Below are positions 56,331 through 64,000 of a stretch of 64,000 bases of DNA, piece after piece; the first letter of the stretch is position 1; the number at the start of each line of letters is the position of its first letter. Both the position numbers and the translations under genes were made by a program. Source of the stretch: an uncultured Planctomycetaceae bacterium (GTDB lineage: Bacteria; Planctomycetota; Planctomycetia; Planctomycetales; Planctomycetaceae); contig CALOES010000016.1 of NCBI GenBank assembly GCA_942492405.1, positions 126,970-190,969 of the forward strand, given 5' to 3'. Below the pieces are notes generated by a model that saw nothing but the letters and a program-made list of their open reading frames with translations, was not told where the DNA came from and did no database searches.

Positions 56331-58208
56331 TCAGAACCTGGGGATACGAGCCTGAAACTCCGGAGTGAAGTAACGAGGATCGTAAAAATCACTGACGAAC
56401 GTGATCCCGAAGCCGAGCGACTTTTCGTACGCGGCACGCTGAGCCCAAGGGGTGCCGGAATGTTGCTGCATCACGTATTCGTACATCTCGACGGCCCGCG
56501 CCCGCTGCTTTTCCAACTCCGCCAAGTCGACGCGGGTTTGGGCAACGACTTGTTCATCAGGTTCGATCATTTCGCTCACATGACGAACATTCCAGACGTT
56601 GTGCATGATATCGCTCGGTGGTGGTTGGTCCTTCTGTTGTCGATCGAGCGCCAGCAGGAATTGAAACTGTCGGACGCGGTACGCTAGACATTGCGCCAGC
56701 GCCAGATCGTACGCCGCCCGCCAACGCATCTCTTCCTCGGTGGCACGCATGGGCTCGACGCGCTCGAGTAACTCGACAGCCTGATTGAGCAAGGTCAATG
56801 ACCGCACGGCCCGCTGGAACTGAATTCGTCCCACCTCCGCAAACTCTTCGGTATCGACAGGATAGTAGAGCCGCTGCAGGTTGAGTTCCGGATCGAATCC
56901 TTGATGGGGATTGAGCCGAACGATCACATCCCACACCGTGCTGCGAAAATCACTCTGATTGCGGCTGGCCTCGTATTCCCGGCGGGGAACCAGCGAGGGT
57001 TCGTATTCCTTCATCGCCAGATCGTCGAAATTCCGCTCCATGCGGGCTTGTGCCCCCAGGAGGTCGGCTTCCTCACGAGCGAGTACGAAGTAGATCCCTC
57101 CCGTCTCTTTCACCAGCCGCACTTGGGCATAGGGGCCGAATCCACTTGATGCAGAGTCCCAGCGGCCATGGAAGCCGTCGTATTGCAGACATTCGGGCAT
57201 CGCGGTTTCGGGACCACGTTCGACGCGGACCCAATGATGGAGCCCCGTGACTTCATCTTCCCAATCGACATGGGTGTACGGGTAGCCAAAGATGGCTTCC
57301 CGTCCCAGAATGTAGACCGGGCTGCTGAAGGTCTGGGCAGCGGCAATCGTTTCCTCGACGCGGCCTTCGTCGTTGCCCGTTTCATCGGTCAGCACGATGA
57401 CGACCAGCTTGCGGTCGCTGCGTCCGGCGGCCCGGCCGTAGCGCTCGATCATGGTTCCGATGGCCGTGAAAGTCTGCTCTTCACCACTCGCGTCATCCTC
57501 CACTTGGTCGATGGCGTTGCGAATGGCCTCTAGATCGGAGGTGGGACCGTTGGTGAGTTCCGTCATGGTACCGCCAAATTGAGCGACGACGGTTTCGAGC
57601 GCGTTGTAGCGCTGGCCGTCCAATGTCGCCCGTTCGTTGGCGATGCCGAGTTCCTCGTAGATCTTTTGAAAGTTGTCGCGTATTTCGTCGCGGTCGTCGG
57701 TCAAACTGCCCGAGGCATCGAACAGCCAGACAGCGAGGACTGGCTGTTGGCGCATCATGCGGGTCAATTCCAGAGTGAGGCGATGCATGGCCGCCCCGTA
57801 TCCGGGAACACGGGCTCCTGTTTCACCCACCACCTGCGCTTCGCCAAGGTCCATGCCGAGCTCGTCGGCACCGGGAATTGTGATGTTACCGACGGAGGCG
57901 ATGCGGATTTCCGGGTCGCGCACGATTTCGGATGTCTCGATCCGCGTCTGATTGATCGCTGTGGTCGAAGCCGCTCCGATGTTGGCCGAGGGAGTGCCAC
58001 CGGCTGTCACCGCCAGGTTCTCGGAGGTCGTCGTATCGACTTCGAGTTCCTGGCTGAATTCCTGCTGCACGCGCTCGTCATCAATGACCGTCTCGATCAC
58101 CAGATCGGGCTCCTGCTCCATCAGGTTGTACCGAAAGGCGGCCAACCCCACGAGGACGCCCATGTGGACGATCAGCGAAATCACCAGGGGTGGGGCATTT
58201 TTGAGCAT
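56331..58208 (-). CDS. Membrane-anchored von Willebrand factor type A (vWA) domain protein
   Basis: N-terminal TM LVISLIVHMGVLVGLAAF. vWA MIDAS context (LAVWLFDASGSLTDD; GGTMTELTNG; KLVVIVLTDETGND). About 300-aa C-terminal extension of unknown function. Confidence 0.75.
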   Translation of the reverse strand: MLKNAPPLVISLIVHMGVLVGLAAFRYNLMEQEPDLVIETVIDDERVQQEFSQELEVDTTTSENLAVTAGGTPSANIGAASTTAINQTRIETSEIVRDPEIRIASVGNITIPGADELGMDLGEAQVVGETGARVPGYGAAMHRLTLELTRMMRQQPVLAVWLFDASGSLTDDRDEIRDNFQKIYEELGIANERATLDGQRYNALETVVAQFGGTMTELTNGPTSDLEAIRNAIDQVEDDASGEEQTFTAIGTMIERYGRAAGRSDRKLVVIVLTDETGNDEGRVEETIAAAQTFSSPVYILGREAIFGYPYTHVDWEDEVTGLHHWVRVERGPETAMPECLQYDGFHGRWDSASSGFGPYAQVRLVKETGGIYFVLAREEADLLGAQARMERNFDDLAMKEYEPSLVPRREYEASRNQSDFRSTVWDVIVRLNPHQGFDPELNLQRLYYPVDTEEFAEVGRIQFQRAVRSLTLLNQAVELLERVEPMRATEEEMRWRAAYDLALAQCLAYRVRQFQFLLALDRQQKDQPPPSDIMHNVWNVRHVSEMIEPDEQVVAQTRVDLAELEKQRARAVEMYEYVMQQHSGTPWAQRAAYEKSLGFGITFVSDFYDPRYFTPEFQARIPRF

Positions 58209-58527
58209 CTTTCGACCTGCGAATTTACCGTAAGGGAATGATGGCGGAGTATGCGCGGGGAGATCGGACGGAACCGACTCTGTATCGTAACTCCCCGAAC
58301 TGGCAAAGAGAAGCGCCCAAATGCCCTGCGTGGCCCAATCCGGGGATCAACATCGGTTCCCCTCCCAACCGTCATCTTCTGTCCGTTCCACGGATGATCC
58401 GCCGACGGGTGTTCTGATCAATACTCGCCGTTGCTTGCGGGGAAAGTGTGGAATAGACTCATCACTGGCGAAATCTCGTGCCAGTCTCAAATGTCGGGCG
58501 ACATCAGCCGCCCCTCGGAGGAATTGT

Positions 58528-60423
58528 ATGTCGCTGCGAACCCTGAAATCTCGATCTTTGCGTATCGGCTTTGCCTGCGTCGCGGTGACAGTGCTCCTTC
58601 CTCTGGCACAAGCGGAAGTGACTCCTGAACAGCGAGCCGAGGTACTCTCGTTGAAGCGAGAACTCGGCGGCGCGACGGCCATGATTCGCCGTCAGGAGTT
58701 GGAGGAAGTCGAGGCGCTTCTTGACCGCATCGAATCTCGAGTCACGGAGATTGCCGATGAAGCCGAAGTCGAACTCACCGACCGGGCCATGCTCGGAATC
58801 GCTCCATTGCTCGAAAGGCACCGCACCGCGCTCGAAGCAGCACTGGCCCGAGCCGAGGGACGTCCCGCCAACATGGGCATCAGTTTCTCCGGTGAAGTGG
58901 CGCCTCTCATCGCGGAAAAATGTCTGGGCTGCCACGGGGCCAACAACCCTCGCGGCAACCTCAACCTCTCCACATTCGCCGGTTGGAGACAGGGGGGAGT
59001 CACCGGCCCGTTGCTGGCACCGGGCAATGCGAACAACAGCCTCATCCTGGCGCGCGTCGCGGATCCGAACGCTCAGACGCGCATGCCGCGCGGACAGGCG
59101 GCCCTCACGCAAGAAGAACTTCAGCTTCTCGCCAACTGGGTGAACCAAGGGGCGAACTACGATGGCGAACGCGAGAACATCGCACTGGCCGATCTCGCCG
59201 CGGCTGCCATGGCGATGGAGGAAGACGACCCGTCGATCGTCATCCCTGCGCCGGAGGGGGATGAGACGGTCTCCTTCACGGAAGACATCGCTCCCTTCGT
59301 GGCCAACCTCTGTGTCGGTTGTCACTCGGGAGCCACTCCGCGCGGCGGACTCTCGCTCGTCAGCTTCTACGACATGATGAAGGGGGGCGACAGCGGACGA
59401 GTCGTCCTCCCCGGCAACCTCGAAGGAAGTCGACTCTTCCGATTGGTTGGTGGACTCGAAGCCCCGCGTATGCCGCAGGGGCAAGCCCGCATCACACGGC
59501 AGAACTACGAAGACCTGCGAACTTGGTTTGAAGAAGGCAATACCTTCGACGGCGAGGATCCGAAGACGCCGCTCCGCAATTATGTCCGCACCGAAGAAGA
59601 GATGGCGGCGGAGCAGTTCGCCGAGATGTCGCCCGAACAGATGAATGAATATCGGCTCGATCGCTCGCGCACGCAATGGCAGCGAACATTGCCGAACTCC
59701 GAGAGTTTCGCCTACATCGAAACGCCCGACTTCCTCATCATGGGGGATGTGCCACAGGATCGGCTGCGAGAAGTCGAGACTTGGGCGGGTGAACATGCCC
59801 AGAACTTGAGACGACTATTCGATGCAGGTGCCGACCCACTTTGGCGCGGCCGGCTGTCTGTGTTCGTCTTCAGCGATCGGTTCGGCTACGACGAATTCAA
59901 TCGCATGGTCGACCGCCGCGAGCCGCTTGCGGAAATGACGGGCCATTCCCTCGTCTCATCGAATTACGAGGACGCCTACATCGCCCTGGAAGACGTGGGC
60001 GACATTTCGGACGCAGAAGCCCCATCACTCCGTGTCAATCTCGTCGAACATATGACGTCGGCGTTTCTGTCGCGCGACGGCAGCACGCTTCCCACCTGGC
60101 TCAGACGCGGGTTGGGGCTGGTGCTGGCCTCGCGAATCGACCGCAACGACGCCTACATCCGCAATCTGCCGATCGAAGCTGCGCAGATTGTGCGGGCGTT
60201 GCAGAGTCCGGAAGACGTCTTCGCCGAGGGGACGTTCTCGCCGGGTGCCGTCGGCCCCGTCGGTTATACGCTGGTGCATTACATTATCGAGGAGGGAAGC
60301 GAGCAAAACTTCGTCCGCCTCGTGCAGCAGCTTCAAGGAGGAACCGCGATGGCCGCAGCGGTGCAGGCGGTCTACCAAAGCGATTTGCCGTCTCTGGCTC
60401 GGGCGTACTTGGGCAGCTTGTAG
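58528..60423 (+). CDS. Secreted protein with two PSCyt1 (Planctomycete cytochrome c, CxxCH) domains plus C-terminal domain of unknown function
   Basis: Start at MSLRTLKSRSLRIGFACVAVTVLLPLAQA (signal), preceded by GGAGGA. FSGEVAPLIAEKCLGCHGANNPRGNLNLS and FTEDIAPFVANLCVGCHSGATPRGGLSLVSF. Confidence 0.8.
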   Translation: MSLRTLKSRSLRIGFACVAVTVLLPLAQAEVTPEQRAEVLSLKRELGGATAMIRRQELEEVEALLDRIESRVTEIADEAEVELTDRAMLGIAPLLERHRTALEAALARAEGRPANMGISFSGEVAPLIAEKCLGCHGANNPRGNLNLSTFAGWRQGGVTGPLLAPGNANNSLILARVADPNAQTRMPRGQAALTQEELQLLANWVNQGANYDGERENIALADLAAAAMAMEEDDPSIVIPAPEGDETVSFTEDIAPFVANLCVGCHSGATPRGGLSLVSFYDMMKGGDSGRVVLPGNLEGSRLFRLVGGLEAPRMPQGQARITRQNYEDLRTWFEEGNTFDGEDPKTPLRNYVRTEEEMAAEQFAEMSPEQMNEYRLDRSRTQWQRTLPNSESFAYIETPDFLIMGDVPQDRLREVETWAGEHAQNLRRLFDAGADPLWRGRLSVFVFSDRFGYDEFNRMVDRREPLAEMTGHSLVSSNYEDAYIALEDVGDISDAEAPSLRVNLVEHMTSAFLSRDGSTLPTWLRRGLGLVLASRIDRNDAYIRNLPIEAAQIVRALQSPEDVFAEGTFSPGAVGPVGYTLVHYIIEEGSEQNFVRLVQQLQGGTAMAAAVQAVYQSDLPSLARAYLGSL

Positions 60424-60612
60424 TGTTCGCGCACAGCCGGTGACGATGATGAGCGAGACACCCATCGTTCCACGGATGTCGACGTCTGGGACGAAGCTCC
60501 CTACGTCATCGCCCTCACGAAGGAAGCACTTTACGTCAAGAAGTTCGATACCGTCGGCGGACGTGAGAACGCCGTTGAGAAACTCGACGCAAGGATCGAA
60601 CCCAAGTCAGCA

Positions 60613-61092
60613 ATGGGGATGTTGGCCAAGACGGTCCCCTGCAGCGCGCTCCGCACCGCCGCTGTCGTCCCCGACATGGGAGTGCTCGTCGTGCAGGGGA
60701 GTCGACTGAAGGATCCCATTCGTGTTCAGTTACTCAACACGACAGCCGCTCTGCAGATCTTCAACCGTTTGCGCGAGCGACTGATCGAGTCGCAGGGCGG
60801 GGCGTGGGAAGTGCAGACCGGGAAGGCGAATGCCAACGATGTCCCGTGTGATCCCCAACTCGGCATCGTCATCTTTTTCGGCCTCGTTGCCATCCTGGGA
60901 CTCGTGATGGGAGCAATGGAAGGCGTGCCCAATCAAGGTTTTATCATCGCCATCGCGCTGGCATGGCTCGGCAACCTGCTGGGCAAGGTCGGCTCGTTCA
61001 CGTTGGCCGGCGTCGCCATCGCTGCCGCCGCATACTTCTGCATTCGCTGGGTGAAGGCGTTGCCGCCGAAACTCTTCATGCGACGCGACTGA
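60613..61092 (+). CDS. Hypothetical membrane protein
   Basis: 159 aa. C-terminal half has two TM helices (LGIVIFFGLVAILGLVMGA; FIIAIALAWLGNLLG...LAGVAIAAAAYFCI). Confidence 0.45.
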   Translation: MGMLAKTVPCSALRTAAVVPDMGVLVVQGSRLKDPIRVQLLNTTAALQIFNRLRERLIESQGGAWEVQTGKANANDVPCDPQLGIVIFFGLVAILGLVMGAMEGVPNQGFIIAIALAWLGNLLGKVGSFTLAGVAIAAAAYFCIRWVKALPPKLFMRRD

Positions 61093-61126
61093 TTGTGAGC
61101 CGAAAGGCTGTCCGGCAATTGTCGGG

Positions 61127-61789
61127 TTGGTATGCTGGTCACACTCACATCGAAGCCGACTCGGCCGAAGCATCAGAACCGATTCGATGGCACAACAACC
61201 CCATCCTTCGACAACGTCGCTCACTCTGATGGAGCGCGTGCGCGCGTTCGAGGCGGATGCCTGGGAGCGGCTGTGTCACATCTATGGGCCGCTGGTGTTT
61301 CAGTGGGCGCGGCGCGCGGGGGCGACTGATGATGAAGCCGCCGACATCATGCAGGAGACTTTCCACACGGTTGCCCAGCGCATCACGTCGTTTCAGCATG
61401 ATGAACCCGGTTCGACGTTTCGCGGCTGGCTGAGAGTCATCACCCGCAACAAGATTGGCGACCTATACCGCAAGCGCGAATCCGAGCCGCGTGCCCCCGG
61501 TGGCACGGCGGCTCATGAGGCATTGCAGGCCGTTGTCAATCCGTTCGACGACGAAGTTGATGGCGCGGGTGCCGAAGATGATGCCCTAGGCATCGCCCAA
61601 AGAGCTTTGCAACTCATTCGCAATGAGTTTGAATCGCACACTTGGAACGCCTTCCGCTTGTGCGTCGTCGAGGGCCGCTCGACAGATGCCGTGGCCGACC
61701 AACTACAAATGACACCCAAGGCAGTGCGGCAGGCCAAGTATCGCGTCCTCAAGCGACTCCGGCAGGAAGTGATCGATGATTTCGAGTGA
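61127..61789 (+). CDS. ECF-type RNA polymerase sigma factor (sigma-70 regions 2 and 4)
   Basis: Region 2: ...YGPLVFQWARRAGATDDEAADIMQETFHTVAQRITSFQHDEPGSTFRGWLRVITRNKIGDLYRK. Region 4: VVEGRSTDAVADQLQMTPKAVRQAKYRVLKRLRQ. Start may be an internal ATG (61187 or 61229). Confidence 0.8.
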   Translation: MVCWSHSHRSRLGRSIRTDSMAQQPHPSTTSLTLMERVRAFEADAWERLCHIYGPLVFQWARRAGATDDEAADIMQETFHTVAQRITSFQHDEPGSTFRGWLRVITRNKIGDLYRKRESEPRAPGGTAAHEALQAVVNPFDDEVDGAGAEDDALGIAQRALQLIRNEFESHTWNAFRLCVVEGRSTDAVADQLQMTPKAVRQAKYRVLKRLRQEVIDDFE

Positions 61790-61924
61790 CGGCACTCTGG
61801 GTGCAAGTCATGTAATCGTCGTCTGTTGCAGCCGTTCGCCCTCCCGTCGAGAAAATGGTGTGGCGCGCCTGCAATAGTACTGGTAGCAGAGGCGTTCCGA
61901 GTCACCGTGGTGAAAGTGAGTCCC

Positions 61925-64000
61925 ATGCATCCCAGCCCTGAGCAACTGCGAGACTATGCCTGCGGCCAATTGCCGGCCGATGCCGTCCAGGAGATCGAAG
62001 ACCATTTGCGAGAGTGTCGCGACTGCGAACACCTGCTGAGCCGATGCGAACAGGAGAACGATGCACTGGTTGCTCAGCTGCGACACGCACCCGAGCCCGC
62101 GGCAATGGCGATGGAACCCGCGCTCGCTCGCGGACTGGCTGGGATCAAAGGGCTGATGCAGAGTTCAGGCACGCTCGAAGACTCGCGAGTTTCAATCCCG
62201 TCGAAGCTGCTCGTCTCGCAAAGTGTTCGCGACTATCAAATCCTCGATGTCCTCGGCAGCGGAGGGATGGGAACGGTCTATCGCGCTTTGCACACGCGGC
62301 TCGGCCGCGAGGTGGCCTTGAAGGTGCTTTCCGCAGAACGTGCGCTCGATCGCAAATCGCGCGACCGCTTCGACCGCGAGATGAAGGCGATCGGCAAGCT
62401 CTCTCACACCAATATCGTCACCGCGCTGGATGCAGGGGATGCCGACGGCGTGCGATATCTGGTGATGGAACTCGTCGACGGGGCCGATCTCGCCACGATC
62501 GTCAGTCAACAACAGCGTCTGCAGGTGGCCGATGCCTGCGAGGTCATTCGTCAGGCGGCATTTGGGCTGCACTACGCTCATCAGCAGGGGATCGTGCATC
62601 GCGATCTCAAGCCGTCGAACCTCATGTTGGGGCGAATGCCGACTGGCCGTGTCGTGGTGAAGATCCTGGACCTGGGGCTGGCCCTGTTGCATGGAATTCC
62701 TGTTGAAGGAGGCCATGCAATCACTTCGACGGGCCAGATCATGGGGACTCTCGAATACCTGTCTCCCGAACAGGCTTCGGATGCCCATGCCGTCGATGCC
62801 AAGAGCGACATCTACAGCCTGGGGTCGACGCTCTACAAGTTGCTTTCCGGACAGACTCCCTTTGAAGGTGTGCATTCCGATTCAACGGTCAAGAAGCTGT
62901 TGGCGATCGCTCAGACCGAACCCAAGCCGTTGCAGTCACTGCGTCCCGACTGCCCCGCGAAGCTGTGTGCGATCGTGCATCTGATGCTCGCCAAGCAACC
63001 CAAGCGACGCCCCTCCCCTGCCCAACTCACTCGACTGCTCGCCCCCTTCAACGAGGGACACGACCTGAAGGGGATTCTCGACTCGATCGAGAACTATGCC
63101 GACCAACTCATCTCGGATGAGAAGCCCGCGCGCCAGCCCGACTCGCCTACCAGTAACAAGGCGCGTGAAGAAACAGCGGCCACTTTCCCTCCTGATGCAC
63201 CGGCAGATCATGCTTCGCCGCCAACCGCCCCCGTCACGACGCCGCAGTTCGCATCCTTCACTGCGAGTCCCGAAACGGAACTACCTCCCGTCGTTCGACG
63301 CTCGAAGAAGAAACGTGCGCCAGCTCGCAATCGCGGATGGCTGCCGATCGGAATTGTTCTGTCCATTCTGTTCATCACCATCGTCAGCGGCGTGACGTAC
63401 TGGCTGCGGACAAATCAAGGATTGGTGAAAGTCGAGATCCACGATCCCGATCTGGCCGTCGAACTTCGTGAGGCGGGCCTCGTCATCAGAGACGCAGCCG
63501 CCAATAGGCAATGGACGATCAACGTCGCCGATGGTTCCGTTACTGGCAGCGAAGAAATTCCGCCGGGGAGTTACGAGGTGGTCACGCCGGACGGAGCGCA
63601 GCTCATAATCACTGACGACTCCGGAGCCACCACGACGGGGACCGGGTTTCGACTTTTGCGACAGGGAGAAGTCCGCATCGCCATCACGACTATCGTTGAG
63701 GCCGCTCATGACGACATCGACATCGCGCGGGCGCAACCAGTCATTGAGCCTGCTCCACTCGATGTGGCTCAACTCGCGATCAACTCTCCCGCAATCGCTG
63801 CGGTTCATCCCCCGGAAGACTCCCCAGAGATGGAGCGTCCCGAACCAGTCGTCGTGGCGGAAGCGCCAGACGATGCACCACCTGTCGAGGGTGTGAATCC
63901 GGCTATGCAGGTTCTCAACCTCAGTGAATTCGACCCGGAGGAAGCTGTCTTCGCCGGCACATGGCGCATTCGCGGCGACGAGCTACATGTCCCCGGCGAT
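61925..64000 (+). CDS. Ser/Thr protein kinase with N-terminal zinc-finger anti-sigma-like (HxxxCxxC) region, TM helix and extracytoplasmic C-terminal domain; 3'-truncated by window end
   Basis: Not in the ORF track (open to the window end). MHPSPEQLRDYACGQLPADAVQEIEDHLRECRDCEHLL (ZAS motif). Kinase LGSGGMGTVYRA, HRDLKPSNLML, DLGLA, SPE. TM LPIGIVLSILFITIVSGVTYWL. Confidence 0.85.
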   Translation, partial: MHPSPEQLRDYACGQLPADAVQEIEDHLRECRDCEHLLSRCEQENDALVAQLRHAPEPAAMAMEPALARGLAGIKGLMQSSGTLEDSRVSIPSKLLVSQSVRDYQILDVLGSGGMGTVYRALHTRLGREVALKVLSAERALDRKSRDRFDREMKAIGKLSHTNIVTALDAGDADGVRYLVMELVDGADLATIVSQQQRLQVADACEVIRQAAFGLHYAHQQGIVHRDLKPSNLMLGRMPTGRVVVKILDLGLALLHGIPVEGGHAITSTGQIMGTLEYLSPEQASDAHAVDAKSDIYSLGSTLYKLLSGQTPFEGVHSDSTVKKLLAIAQTEPKPLQSLRPDCPAKLCAIVHLMLAKQPKRRPSPAQLTRLLAPFNEGHDLKGILDSIENYADQLISDEKPARQPDSPTSNKAREETAATFPPDAPADHASPPTAPVTTPQFASFTASPETELPPVVRRSKKKRAPARNRGWLPIGIVLSILFITIVSGVTYWLRTNQGLVKVEIHDPDLAVELREAGLVIRDAAANRQWTINVADGSVTGSEEIPPGSYEVVTPDGAQLIITDDSGATTTGTGFRLLRQGEVRIAITTIVEAAHDDIDIARAQPVIEPAPLDVAQLAINSPAIAAVHPPEDSPEMERPEPVVVAEAPDDAPPVEGVNPAMQVLNLSEFDPEEAVFAGTWRIRGDELHVPGD

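Noticed and set aside
58504-59796. 430-aa - strand ORF
   Set aside because: Antisense to the double-PSCyt1 gene, which has two CxxCH motifs in frame.
62014-62706. 230-aa + strand ORF from the track at the kinase locus
   Set aside because: Wrong frame. The real gene is the kinase reading frame starting at 61925 and open to the window end. The 230-aa translation is Arg/Ala-rich.
1-64000. CRISPR array / long tandem DNA repeats
   Set aside because: Scanning found no regularly spaced direct repeats with unique spacers, only short palindromes and the 8-mer iteron cluster reported above.

Overview
High-GC (about 60%) chromosomal segment whose gene content is typical of Planctomycetota (Pirellulales-like). 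Evidence: a DUF1559 'H-X9-DG' pseudopilin-like protein, several PSCyt1 (CxxCH) cytochrome-domain proteins, three CRTAC1/ASPIC-UnbV FG-GAP repeat proteins, membrane sensor Ser/Thr kinases (one directly after an ECF sigma factor), and many secreted Zn-peptidases. Housekeeping genes recognised: tmk, tRNA-Ala(CGC), an EEP-family gene with cls, priA, hisD, ilvH, fmt, cdd, and a second tRNA (Val, CAC). There is no CRISPR array and no transposase or integrase. Genes are densely packed with several 4-bp ATGA overlaps. Many long antisense ORFs in the track are GC-content artefacts. Observations that look least explained by standard annotation: (1) a recurring GC-rich palindromic element family (CCCTCTCCCCC / GGGGGAGAGGG stems) at 11.2 kb and as a triple stem-loop at 29.4-29.6 kb; (2) a tRNA-Val-adjacent patch (27.3-32.6 kb) carrying a toxin-antitoxin-like pair (small ORF overlapping a pol-beta-type nucleotidyltransferase-fold protein), a DraG-like ADP-ribosylglycohydrolase, a pilin-like protein and an SPFH protein; (3) a lower-GC Zn-ribbon gene next to a Cys/Gln-rich secreted repeat protein; (4) a fusion/fission pair linking TPR and CRTAC1/ASPIC modules. 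All functional calls come from motif-level reading of the translations. No database search was run.
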